Shown: positions 32,663-42,729 of the stretch, in pieces | Layout: each line of letters starts with the position of its first letter | Position numbering within the stretch: the stretch's first letter is position 1 | Origin: Savitreella phatthalungensis | Taxonomy: Eukaryota | NCBI GenBank assembly: GCA_051599415.1 | Contig: AP039694.1 | Span: 372,001-436,000, forward strand | Reading direction: 5' to 3' | DNA length: 64,000 bases | Position numbers and translations under genes: made by a program | Notes under the pieces: model-generated | The model's database searches: none | Told to the model about the DNA's origin: nothing | What the model saw: the letters and a program-made list of their open reading frames with translations, nothing else

Positions 32663-33895
32663 ATGGCAAAGTTGACGGCACGTCATCTTGCAGGTGTCAT
32701 CACTCTTGGCGCAGTCGTGTTACTATGGGTCGCTTCGTCCTTCCTCATGCGCTCAATCTTTGGCGAGGATAAATCTTACGACAAGCCATTCTTCGTCACC
32801 TGGATCAATACAGGCACCTTCTCACTCTATCTCGCCATCTTCGCCCTCAGACATCTATGGCGGGATCTAGCCCCGTTAGAACTCCAGCGCAGCGCAGCAA
32901 ACCTCATCGGCACCCTGCGGAAGCGCGAGAGTGACTCGATCATGTCTAATGACTCTTCACCTACCACACCACTACTCTCAGACGATCCCTCTGTCCGTCC
33001 GCGGCGTCCACCAAACCAATCGAGACCTTCGATTCTTACCTTCCGCAGCGAGGATGAGCTTCTACGCGACAGTGACGCACCTCTCAGTACTCTCGAGACT
33101 GCCAAGCTCGGATGCATCTTCTCGATCCTCTGGTTCGCAGCCAATTACTTTGGCAACCTCTCGCTTGCGTACACCAATGTCGCCAGCTTTACGATTGTTT
33201 CTTCTCTGAGTGGCTTCTTTACCTTGGCTCTCGGACGCGTCCTCGGCGTCGAGTCGTTCACTCGAGCAAAGTGGCTTGCCCTCGCAGCCTCGTTACTCGG
33301 CGTAGCCCTCGTAGTCTCTCAGGATACTCGGGAGACTGCATCTACCTCAGCAATTGCTGACATGGTGATTGGCGATTTCCTTGCACTCATTGGAGCCATG
33401 CTTTACGGAGGCTACACCGTCTTCCTCAAGCTGAAAGTTGGCCACGAGGAGAGAGTCTCGATGCCCTTGTTCTTTGGCTTTGTCGGAGTCTTCAATCTTC
33501 TTTTTCTGTGGCCAGCAATAATCATTCTCGATCGAACTGGTATCGAGCCCTTCGCTCTGCCAGCCACGCGCGATATTTGGATCGTTGTGGCCATCAACGC
33601 CTCCATCACTTTTGTGTCCGACTATCTTTGGGTATGGGCCATGCTATTGACATCACCGCTCGTCGTCACGGTCGGAATATCGATGTCTATCCCGCTCGCC
33701 CTGCTAGGAGATCACATCCTCTACAACTATCGCTCGAGCCTCACATTCTTCCTCGGCGCAGCACTTGTCTTTGGCTCATTCATTGTCATCAATCTAGAGC
33801 ATAAGTCCGAGACTGAACGTGAAGGCGCGCAGCACGTAGCAGCTTCTGCCATGACAACACATTATGACGCAAATACGCGTCCCCACGCAGTCTAG
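32663..33895 (+). CDS. SLC35F5/THI74-like DMT (EamA) transporter
   Basis: LWVASSFL..IF, KPFFVTWINT, WFAANY, FFGFVGVFN, SDYLW...LLTSPLVVTVG.S.SIPLA. Confidence 0.88.
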   Translation: MAKLTARHLAGVITLGAVVLLWVASSFLMRSIFGEDKSYDKPFFVTWINTGTFSLYLAIFALRHLWRDLAPLELQRSAANLIGTLRKRESDSIMSNDSSPTTPLLSDDPSVRPRRPPNQSRPSILTFRSEDELLRDSDAPLSTLETAKLGCIFSILWFAANYFGNLSLAYTNVASFTIVSSLSGFFTLALGRVLGVESFTRAKWLALAASLLGVALVVSQDTRETASTSAIADMVIGDFLALIGAMLYGGYTVFLKLKVGHEERVSMPLFFGFVGVFNLLFLWPAIIILDRTGIEPFALPATRDIWIVVAINASITFVSDYLWVWAMLLTSPLVVTVGISMSIPLALLGDHILYNYRSSLTFFLGAALVFGSFIVINLEHKSETEREGAQHVAASAMTTHYDANTRPHAV

Positions 33896-34489
33896 GTGTC
33901 AGGCGATGTTGGGGATTTATACCATGCCCAATGGTCTGTAACATGCTTGGCATGTGGCAGCTCAAGCGGCAGGCTTCCGCTCTCTAGCTACACGGAATTC
34001 CTCCAATTCACCCAACTCAGCTGATCCTCGTTCAATCATCAACATCCGTGCCTCCCAACCCTTCCTCCGCTCGCCGTTGCAGCCGGCTCAGATGACCTAT
34101 AAGGCTCATCATCGAATATCGATACCCTATGGCCACGAGGCGATCTCCCGACTCGTCTTCCTCTATTCTCGGGTTTCAGCGTGAGTGGTTTCCAAGTTCA
34201 GTCTGCGACGCGAGCGAGACACGCTTCGTCAGGGTCGCTAAGAGAGATGATCGACTGATGACGAGTAGCACATGACTAGGTGTGGAGCGATGGCACAAAT
34301 CGATACGGACCAAGTAGCATTTTCTGCTTGGCTTTGTCTTCGTATCTCACTGCTGCTCACCATCACTGCCACCCTTGCTCTCGCTAAGGACACCGCTACA
34401 GCCATTGTCGTGGCCCCTTTACCGACTGCCGAGCATATCAGTGGGCCCACAGTGCCCAGGATTATGTCTATCGCCTTCCTGGGCGGACC

Positions 34490-36256
34490 ATGGTGGCTCA
34501 GCACGATCCTGGACTAGGCCTACGTCGCTATCAATCAGAGACCGTCACTGTCAACATCGCCAATGGTTCTGATTTTCCAATCGACTCCTTAGCGAGCGAT
34601 CGCGGATCTTCGCGCAGGCACAGCTACGTCCCTGGCACAAATGGCATTCTTACAGCTGCCAGCAATGGCCACGGTGATGACGACAGGACGCCTGCAGCTC
34701 AGTCTGCAGAAGAGATCGATGTGCCTGCTGACGGCGTGTTTGAGTTGCTGCGTGGATGCGACTCCCGGTGCTCGAATCGATCGAGCAACAAGAACAGCTT
34801 TGAGGTGACGACGACAGCCATTGCACAAGGTAGCATCGCTCTTGGTGAGACGCAAATTACGGATTTCCCAACCCCCAAAGCAGTCCGCTTAGCCGATCGA
34901 ATGCTCTTGCCGCCGGTCTACCTTATGGCGCTTCTGCATGGGTTTGCCAAAAATGTGTCACACGCAAAGACGATGGGCATGGCAGAGCATTTGGATATCG
35001 GCGAAGCCGCATACTCTGCTCTGCTCATGGTCTACTTCCTGGGCTTTCTCGCAGGCACGCTCCACGTCGTCGCCTTCAGTCGCACAACCGCAAAATCCAT
35101 TCTTCGAAGGCTTAATGGAAGCACTGCCGTCACAGGTATCCTCGCCGCGCTGATGGTAGTAACGCCGTACATGACCCCGACGAGCGCGACTGCATACGTG
35201 ACGCTGTTTCGGCTGGGAACAGGTTTCTGTGAGGGCGCATTCGCTGCGCTGATGACGAGCTATCTGCTGCAATTCTACACTTCAGAGCAACTAGCTCGCC
35301 GAATGCTGCTCTTCTTCACCGTGCCCGGGATGTCGTCTGCCCTGGGCGCACTACTCTGCTTCCTGCTCTTCCAAATCAAGGAAGATGGTGTGCTTACTCG
35401 TTGGCAGTGGCTGTTCCTTGGTCAGGGCTGTCTCGGGCTCATTTTCGCTCCGCTCTGCCACCATTGCCTGCCGGCTTCCCCGCACGCCTACAATCACCTT
35501 AGCGAAGATCATCGCTCCGTTGACCGCGAGCTTCAGCACACAAAAGCACAAGAGGCCCATGGTGTCGACAAGGACAGATCCTCGCCTATGTCACCGCAAA
35601 CGCAAACGCGAACGCAGCTCGGTGCAATTGTCCGTTCACCTGCAGCCATCACGTGGCTCGTCATCGATCTCGCTCTCAGCCTGCCAGCGACCATGGTACT
35701 CTTGTACCTACCGCAAATCCTCCAGCGTGCAGGCTTCGATGCAGAGCGATCCAATTTGCTGACCATCTTTCCCTATCTGCTCGCCACCTCGACCATCGTC
35801 GTTCTGATGCGATTCAATCCGATGCTCGGGCAAAAGCGCGCGATGGCGGGAATCTTCGCCGGGCAAGTGGCCGGTATGGCTGTGTACTACGCGACTGTGA
35901 TTCATCCTGGCGGGACAGAGATGAATGGTGTCCCAGTCCACACACGTCGGACGCTCGCGTACGTCTGCACGTTCGCGATGGCATCAGGTGTAGGCACGAC
36001 GAATGTCATCGCAGCTAAAGCCTACGGCTCAGCGATCGATACCACCCAGCAACGACTCCTCGTCAACACCATCGGCGTCATGCTCATCCAGGCAGGTGGC
36101 ATGGTATCCTCCTGGGTCTTTTCGCCCGACACGCCCGTCTGGATCTGGTCGTATCTTGCATACGCAGCACTCGGTTTTGCGACGGTTGTGGCGGCGTCCA
36201 TCTGTGCTTGTAGGAAGCGAGCTCGAGACGATCTAGAGACAGATCCGAGCGTCTGA
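34490..36256 (+). CDS. MFS transporter, divergent anion:cation symporter (allantoate/nicotinate permease-like) family
   Basis: About 12 TM segments; D.MLLP, RL..GFCEG, FYT.EQLARR..LFF, WQWLFL.QG...LPASP motifs. Confidence 0.75.
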   Translation: MVAQHDPGLGLRRYQSETVTVNIANGSDFPIDSLASDRGSSRRHSYVPGTNGILTAASNGHGDDDRTPAAQSAEEIDVPADGVFELLRGCDSRCSNRSSNKNSFEVTTTAIAQGSIALGETQITDFPTPKAVRLADRMLLPPVYLMALLHGFAKNVSHAKTMGMAEHLDIGEAAYSALLMVYFLGFLAGTLHVVAFSRTTAKSILRRLNGSTAVTGILAALMVVTPYMTPTSATAYVTLFRLGTGFCEGAFAALMTSYLLQFYTSEQLARRMLLFFTVPGMSSALGALLCFLLFQIKEDGVLTRWQWLFLGQGCLGLIFAPLCHHCLPASPHAYNHLSEDHRSVDRELQHTKAQEAHGVDKDRSSPMSPQTQTRTQLGAIVRSPAAITWLVIDLALSLPATMVLLYLPQILQRAGFDAERSNLLTIFPYLLATSTIVVLMRFNPMLGQKRAMAGIFAGQVAGMAVYYATVIHPGGTEMNGVPVHTRRTLAYVCTFAMASGVGTTNVIAAKAYGSAIDTTQQRLLVNTIGVMLIQAGGMVSSWVFSPDTPVWIWSYLAYAALGFATVVAASICACRKRARDDLETDPSV

Positions 36257-36310
36257 CCGTCAGACAGCATCAGCTACTAGAACTAGAACTTCTTTTCTTT
36301 TCGAAACCTT

Positions 36311-37213
36311 TCAATTATAGTGCCAGTCGTCAGACAACATGTCGGCTCGCACACCATAGACGTCTTCAGCCAGTGGCAGCATCTCGTAATTGATCTCGGC
36401 CACCTTCCATCCCTTGCTTGCGTCCTCGAAAGCGATCACTTTGCCAACGATCGGCATCGTGATCTGCGAAAGCCCTGTACCGCCGAGTGGATGATCATCG
36501 TCGTGTCCAGCATTGCAGAACACCAAAACAATCTCGTTCTCAAATGCCCTGAGCGTACACAAGGCGTCCAGGTAGATAGCTTCGCACATCGGATTGACGG
36601 CGAGCGCTTTTGGGCCAGCGTCCCCATTCTGCCAGCATGTTGGAGCAATCACCATCTGCACGCCATCTTTGACGAGCGCCCTAAAGGCCTCGGGGAAGGC
36701 CAAGTCAAAGCAAATAAGCAAACCGACTCTGCCAAACTCTTCCGTATCGAAGACCGCGTGATCCTGCTCACCCCGCACAAACACCTTCCGCTCAGGTCCC
36801 CAGAGATTTTTCTTCCTGTACGTACACCTGACAGTACCTTGGCGATCGATGAAGTATGCGTTGTTTGACAGGATAATCTCAGAATCCGGATCGTCGAGGT
36901 CGAGTCTCTCGAACTCGCCGATGGTGCCTGGGACGAGGTTGACGTTGAGCTCTCTCGCAAGTGCGCAGTACCTGTCGAGATACCAGTGGTCGGTATCCGC
37001 CCAGGACAGATCGCCGCAGAATCGAGGTAACGCGAGCGCGTACTCAGGCAGTACACACAGATCAGCCTTCCCAACGCTCACAGCCTCACGCACAAGCAAG
37101 CATGCTGCCTCAAAGTTGGACTCCATAGACCGATCCCAAAGAGGAACATGCTGGCAGATCGCTACACGAGGGCGTTGCGAAGGCACAGACACAAGCACGT
37201 TCTCCGGCCGCAT
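36311..37213 (-). CDS. Carbon-nitrogen hydrolase (nitrilase superfamily)
   Basis: Glu-Lys-Cys triad: VLPEY, YRKKNLW..ER, GLLICFDLAFPE. Confidence 0.92.
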   Translation of the reverse strand: MRPENVLVSVPSQRPRVAICQHVPLWDRSMESNFEAACLLVREAVSVGKADLCVLPEYALALPRFCGDLSWADTDHWYLDRYCALARELNVNLVPGTIGEFERLDLDDPDSEIILSNNAYFIDRQGTVRCTYRKKNLWGPERKVFVRGEQDHAVFDTEEFGRVGLLICFDLAFPEAFRALVKDGVQMVIAPTCWQNGDAGPKALAVNPMCEAIYLDALCTLRAFENEIVLVFCNAGHDDDHPLGGTGLSQITMPIVGKVIAFEDASKGWKVAEINYEMLPLAEDVYGVRADMLSDDWHYN

Positions 37214-37461
37214 AGTCCGACGGTCGTCTCTTCACCCCCGTGTCACATACGTCATGCTTCAATCCCTTTATACTACGTGAGCACGCGGAGATCAATCAGA
37301 TCAGATCAGATCACATTCCAGATTCAGACACCAATTTTTTTGATTCTGAGAAGACGCGCCGGTGGATCAAAGTCCGAAGTCTAAACAGTATAAACACTCC
37401 AGGCACCACACACACACGCACATCCCTTACTCATCTCACGTCGTATCACCTGTTCATTGCG

Positions 37462-37899
37462 ATGGCAAAGTCAAGTCGATCGCAACAGCAGGCAGAAGGC
37501 AACGAGCGGAAACGCAACTTTAGAAATGGTCCTGCGCGTGACAAGCAGTCGAACACGCGTGACTACGACGTCGAGGGAGATGGATCGGGATCAGGACGCT
37601 CACGGACAGAGCGTGCTGTGGCAGTGGCTGCGCTTCGCCAGTCAGCGTCCGCAGGCGTTGTCTTTGGTGGCGGTGTAGGCAAGCGCGGCAATCACTCGGC
37701 AAAGCAGAAGAAGCGGAAGCAGGAGATGCTAGCCAGAGCAGAGCAGTTCACTGACAAAATCGCAAAAAAGACAGTCGAGTATAACATGTCACAGAAGAAT
37801 CTCAAGCAGCGCAGGCAAGACTGGAACACCGTCAATGAGAACGCTTTCAACGTCCTCGTCGAAGCTGTCGAAGCACAACCTGAAGTCCCTAACGAGTGA
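37462..37899 (+). CDS. Alb1/Ecm1-family ribosome biogenesis protein
   Basis: Small basic protein; SAKQKKRKQE.L.RAE.F.DKI.KK...K.RR.DW..VN pattern; TATAAA at 37389. Confidence 0.65.
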   Translation: MAKSSRSQQQAEGNERKRNFRNGPARDKQSNTRDYDVEGDGSGSGRSRTERAVAVAALRQSASAGVVFGGGVGKRGNHSAKQKKRKQEMLARAEQFTDKIAKKTVEYNMSQKNLKQRRQDWNTVNENAFNVLVEAVEAQPEVPNE

Positions 37900-38145
37900 G
37901 GAAGTGACGGTACATTCGCTCTGAGAGGATTACTCTTGCGCGTTCACACCCACTGCTTCTGCATGATGATCAAGGAGGACTACAACTGATGACTGACTCG
38001 CCGGAGAGAGTATTTGTATGGATGGATGGATGAACGGATGGCTTACTACACTGCCTGTACAGTACGTTGGTTGTCTGTGGTGGATTTACAGTGCAGTGCG
38101 TACGCTGCATTTGAAATTGAAATTTAACTTCGGCATTAAATTTCA

Positions 38146-38166
38146 CATGCACATGCACATGCACAT
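38146..38166. repeat. (CATGCA)n hexamer repeat
   Basis: catgcacatgcacatgcacat; a similar array lies at about 61675-61695. Confidence 0.7.
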
Positions 38167-38388
38167 ATTATCCTGAATCCAGCAAGATTAAATCCGCTCG
38201 ATCCACCCGACGTCATATTCACACTTGTACACAGATGCTCAACCGCAGATGTCCTCCTTATCTATAACCCTATAGCAGCACATACAGGCCTTGACCACAA
38301 CATTCTCTACTCGTCACTGGGTCATCACCCTTCAGAAGTCTCATTCTCGGTCTCAATTTTCGGTCACAATCACTTGCACGCCCAAGTC

Positions 38389-39261
38389 ATGAGGAAAATG
38401 CAGAGGGACAAGGTGATTGATTCACTCACGATAGGTCAACACAACGGTGACGATATCATCTCAGCCTGGACACATGCAACCTGGCAACGGAGGCATGCAA
38501 AGGCAGTCAGAATAGAACCCGGAGACATTGCCCACCACCACTTCAGTCAAGATCCTTGGGAACGATTTCTAGGCTTCGAGAACACCTACCAGCTCAAAAT
38601 GCGCCAGGCACCAACCTTTAGGCCTATATCTGATCCAGATCGAGTCACCCTCCCTGGACGTTCCGTCGGCGAGCTTCTCGGTCTCTACGACGAGGGTCAT
38701 CGGGATGACACCCTCCCAACCACTTTCGCCGAGCAACTCTCACTTGTCCACCGCAAATTCCACGAGCGAGATTCCCTGGACCTCGGCCGTGCATTGCTGG
38801 ACGAACTAGGCTGGTCCTGCGTCCGTACACGCTACAACTACGAGTCGAAGAAGATCCATGAATCCATGGTCCTCTCACAGTACATCGACGGAGCACTTCC
38901 GCCGGACCGATACAACCACCGATATCTCATCCTCGTCGTCGGCCCTCGCACCAGACAAGATTTATTCGCCGCAGTCGCTGGAAAAGCTCTGATCTCAGCG
39001 CTCTTCAAAGACATGTCTGGCGTGACAAGAGGGAAAGAGTGTGAGGTGTTTTGCTTGGGGCTGCGTGGGACAAAAGCGCAGCTGTGGCGAGTAGTGTTTG
39101 AGCCTGAGTTTCTGGCAGATGTGGCCAGAGGACTGGAACCGATCAAGCCAGCGTACCTCTTTAATGACGCACAAGAACACGAACTGATGCAACACGCAGG
39201 CCGTCTCACCATCGTCGACAAACTAGAACGTCTCCGACGTGCGATGCATGCTAGAATATAG
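38389..39261 (+). CDS. Hypothetical protein (C-terminus weakly reminiscent of fungal restriction-endonuclease-like folds)
   Basis: 290-aa ORF with globular composition; no firm family motif. Confidence 0.6.
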   Translation: MRKMQRDKVIDSLTIGQHNGDDIISAWTHATWQRRHAKAVRIEPGDIAHHHFSQDPWERFLGFENTYQLKMRQAPTFRPISDPDRVTLPGRSVGELLGLYDEGHRDDTLPTTFAEQLSLVHRKFHERDSLDLGRALLDELGWSCVRTRYNYESKKIHESMVLSQYIDGALPPDRYNHRYLILVVGPRTRQDLFAAVAGKALISALFKDMSGVTRGKECEVFCLGLRGTKAQLWRVVFEPEFLADVARGLEPIKPAYLFNDAQEHELMQHAGRLTIVDKLERLRRAMHARI

Positions 39262-39318
39262 TCCCTCCATTCCTACCCACCACTAACACCACACCTTCTT
39301 CCTCATCCGCAAGCGCTC

Positions 39319-40206
39319 ATGGATCAAGATGCAAAGAGTATCGTCTCGGCCGCACTCATGCTCCCGCAGAAGTACGGCTCAATTGCTGGACTCGAGTACG
39401 ACATCTTCGGCGACGGTCCGCGCAAGATTGTCTTCCTCTGCGACATTGGTCAGACTCGTCGATCTTGGGTACACCAGCTCGCCCATTTCGGCGAAGCCGG
39501 AGGACTCTACACGTGTCTCGTGCTGGATGGCAGCGATCGATCTTCGATCGATGGGCAGGCGCACCACGTCTGGGAAGCGCTCGACGGACTCGGGTGGATC
39601 GCATCCAAGTCGATCCACCTTGTTGGGATCTCTCTGGGTGGGGTAGTAGCCATGAAGCTGGCTATCTTTCTCCCTGCGCGATTTGCAAGTCTGTGTCTGG
39701 TTTCGACCCCAGCGACATACCAGCTCGCGCCTATCATCAAGCGCACGGACTCTCGTCAGGTCCTGCGCGACTATTTCCCACTCAAGCACCTCCATCAGTT
39801 CAACGATGCACATCCGGGATTCCCAACAAATGAAGACTACTATCTCTCGTGGACAGGCCACCTGACGGGTGTCGGCACCAACAGCATCCGTCCTCGTAAA
39901 GTCCTGTCCCAGACGGTTGCAATGGCCAGCTTCCGCATCACACCTTCTCAGCTGAAATCGATTGGACGCGATACCCAATTCTGCCAAATCGTTGTCGGTG
40001 ACGCCGACCTGCTGCTCTCACCAGACGCCCTCCGGGCAGGCACTGCCCTAGCGACCGCCATCGGCTGCAAACTTCGTGTCCACACGCGAGCAGGACATCT
40101 CCCAACCTGGCAAGACCCGACCACGTTCAACAAAGACCTCGAAAACATGATCGACCAAGCTGATCGGTATTGGCGCAAGATTCGAGAGAACCGCTCTTCC
40201 TCATAG
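39319..40206 (+). CDS. Alpha/beta-hydrolase fold protein
   Basis: HLVGISLGG nucleophile elbow; GDADLL acid; AGHL catalytic His. Confidence 0.85.
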   Translation: MDQDAKSIVSAALMLPQKYGSIAGLEYDIFGDGPRKIVFLCDIGQTRRSWVHQLAHFGEAGGLYTCLVLDGSDRSSIDGQAHHVWEALDGLGWIASKSIHLVGISLGGVVAMKLAIFLPARFASLCLVSTPATYQLAPIIKRTDSRQVLRDYFPLKHLHQFNDAHPGFPTNEDYYLSWTGHLTGVGTNSIRPRKVLSQTVAMASFRITPSQLKSIGRDTQFCQIVVGDADLLLSPDALRAGTALATAIGCKLRVHTRAGHLPTWQDPTTFNKDLENMIDQADRYWRKIRENRSSS

Positions 40207-40285
40207 TTCAAACTAAAAGTCGATCCGATTCTATGCATCTAATGTCTCCCTCTGCTTCTATCCGTCCCTAATTACCTGTGTTACA

Positions 40286-40786
40286 TCACTTGAAGATATG
40301 CTTGATCTTGTCGCCGAGGCCCGTGTGGTGGTGGTCGTGGTGATGTTGTTTGTGCTCATGCGTTCCCTCGGCCTCAGCCTCAGCTTTAAGTCGCTCCACA
40401 TTTGGCCTATTCTGGAGGTCGTGTGATTTGCGAGCTGCCTCTATATTGCCACTGCCTCCCCTTCCGGCATACCGATTCGGTTTCAGCATATCCCTGCTCC
40501 CCTCGTTCTCGCGATCGTTGTACCCCTGAGCCACAAGCGCAGCCTCCCTCCCAGCGTCATTCGCCACAATATTACCACCACCGCCACGGCCAGTGCTGTA
40601 CGGACCACGCAACTCAGGCGGACCAGTCTGGTCCTCGTGGTAATCAGGGTCATACCGCTCGTAGTTTCCAGCACCGCCACGACCTACATGCTGACGAGGA
40701 CCGTCGTGTCCGTGCACGTTGCCGTGAGCGAGCTCCTCTGAGATCTGATGAGTTGCCTTTGCAGGCGCTCCTGGCGTCGAAGACAT
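40286..40786 (-). CDS. Par32/DUF3602-like protein
   Basis: Three GRGG(A/G/S)GN motifs in a small hydrophilic protein with a His-rich tail. Confidence 0.8.
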   Translation of the reverse strand: MSSTPGAPAKATHQISEELAHGNVHGHDGPRQHVGRGGAGNYERYDPDYHEDQTGPPELRGPYSTGRGGGGNIVANDAGREAALVAQGYNDRENEGSRDMLKPNRYAGRGGSGNIEAARKSHDLQNRPNVERLKAEAEAEGTHEHKQHHHDHHHTGLGDKIKHIFK

Positions 40787-41400
40787 CGTGTGTAACTATG
40801 TAAGTGGTAGTCCCGATGATGTTGTCATTCAGATTAATCGCCCGTAGGTATGTATACCTGTCACATGTGTTAGGTCAGAGGCTTAGCTAGCATAAAGCCC
40901 AACTATATCTGGATAAGGTCAGATCGATCTCAGATCAGCTGAAGATGAGAGATTGATAATCTAACGTCAGTTCAAGATTGTGTCATGAATAGATTAATGA
41001 ATCTGCGATCAGCAGATCATTACATGCACGTGATCAGGAGTTCTTTGTCCAGCTGTGAGTAAGATGACAAAGCTTGCCACCTGACATCCTCGGCCTCAAC
41101 GATGTCAAGCAGGCAGAACGACGATTCATCCAAATCAGCATTCCGCATCTCGTAGCTTAGTGTCAGCAAATTATTTCGAGTCATCAAGAGAGGTCCGAGC
41201 GTCGACCGGAGCCTCGTATTCCTTTCATTCCCACATCAGCTGATGCGAGACCTTTGCCTGGCAGTATACGAGTGTATTTCCCTTCCCGTGCCGCTAGTCA
41301 CCTATTTACTGCTCGGCTGATACCCAGTTGATACTTGAATGCGCTGGTACACTTGGAGGTTGACCATATAGATGGCTCTCCCGGCCAAAGCCATCTGTTC

Positions 41401-42287
41401 ATGCACCTAGGCGTAATCGGAGATGAGGCCTTAGCTCGTCACCCACCTCGACGAGTGGTTCAATGGATCCGGATTTTCGAGGGAGAGGCGAAAGTCCAAC
41501 TAGAAGATGTGCCGTTCTACAACACGCTCAGTCGCGGTGAGCCTATGACAATCCGGTTGAGACTGCCGCGTGAAAGTCGTACCGCCGCCGGAGCTGAAAT
41601 GCACCGACTTGCCACAATCCAGCATATTCGGAGCGCCTGGAAAGAGGTGGTCAATCGTCGCATGATAGCAATTGATGCTGCCCTTTCGCCTGTTGTGACT
41701 GCGCGCGACCGACTGCGCCGTCGACTCTACGCAGCAGAGCTCGAGACGCTCGACACGCTGCTGTACCGGCGGATCGAGATCGACTGGTGCTACCACACAC
41801 ATCGTCCGACCCACATCGTGATCCACCCCTCTGGAGAGCGAGAATACCACGCCCTCGTTGCAAACATCACCTCACAACCACTCCCCGCACGCTCCCACCC
41901 ACCGCGTCCACACCACCCACACACCGCTGACCTCGTTTGTCTCACATCAACTTCGACCACTCGGATCTCACCACCGCCGCACGCAGAGCCGCTCTTGTCA
42001 GCCAGATCAAAGAGGCCGTTGCTTTTAGTGCTCTAGGGACAGCCGCGATGCCTAGCGTCTGCGACGTGTACGCTCAGTACACTGACGAGACTGATGGTTT
42101 GCGTGGGAGGACGCGTTCACGATTTAGTGGTTGCGTGAAAGCGATCGTCATCGTACCTGGAGTGAGAACGAATGCAGTGCTGCTCAACGCTCTACCGGTA
42201 TTCATACACGGCGTCACCGGTCTCCCACACGTCGTCCACGTCTTCGGCAGACCCAACCACACGCACTTGTCTGCACAACACCGGTGA
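41401..42287 (+). pseudogene. Orphan gene split across two frames, probably a 1-nt frameshift near 41943
   Basis: ORF to 42036 degrades after ...ADLVC, while a protein-like frame (HINFDHSDLTTAARRAALVSQIKEAV...) starts at the same point and runs to 42287. Confidence 0.4.
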
Positions 42288-42362
42288 CATGTGTGTAAAA
42301 AAGGCATCAAGTATTAGATATCGACAGGAAAAAGAAAAATCATCAAGATGGGAAAGTCGTTC

Positions 42363-42662
42363 TCACATGATGGTGCATGGGGACGAGTAGTTCCAGGTGT
42401 ATGGGATGGCGACCTCGTTGACGGTAGTTGAGTCGCCTAGTGTTGCTGAGGAGGAGTCTCGCAGGAATGTTTGGTGAGTGGGCGGCTGAGCTTGAGTGTC
42501 AAAGAGTGAGCAAACATAGGGGGCCATGTTCCGCGAGCCTTGTCCAGCAGGTCGGCCGATCGCGAGCTCGTGGTCGCCGCCGTGTACAAACGTCGATAAA
42601 TTGTCAGCGAGTGCGTTGGAGAATGTAGGAAGTAGCTCTGATTCCAGCGATATTGCCGACAT
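42363..42662 (-). CDS. Small CaaX-terminated peptide; candidate lipopeptide mating-pheromone precursor
   Basis: 99 aa (54 aa from the internal ATG 42527) ending ...NEVAIPYTWNYSSPCTIM*; C-ending codon bias in the 3' part; TATAAG about 70 bp upstream; lies in an otherwise gene-free gap. Confidence 0.55.
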   Translation of the reverse strand: MSAISLESELLPTFSNALADNLSTFVHGGDHELAIGRPAGQGSRNMAPYVCSLFDTQAQPPTHQTFLRDSSSATLGDSTTVNEVAIPYTWNYSSPCTIM

Positions 42663-42729
42663 GGATTTTGTGCTTGCGTCTCACTCAGCCAAGCTTTTTC
42701 TTGAGGGCGAGATGGCACGACGTACAGAA

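Noticed and set aside
40402..40803. Plus-strand ORF ending in CaaX-like CVTM
   Set aside because: It is antisense to the Par32-like gene and starts at a non-ATG codon. It also shows that CaaX endings arise by chance, which tempers the 42363 call.
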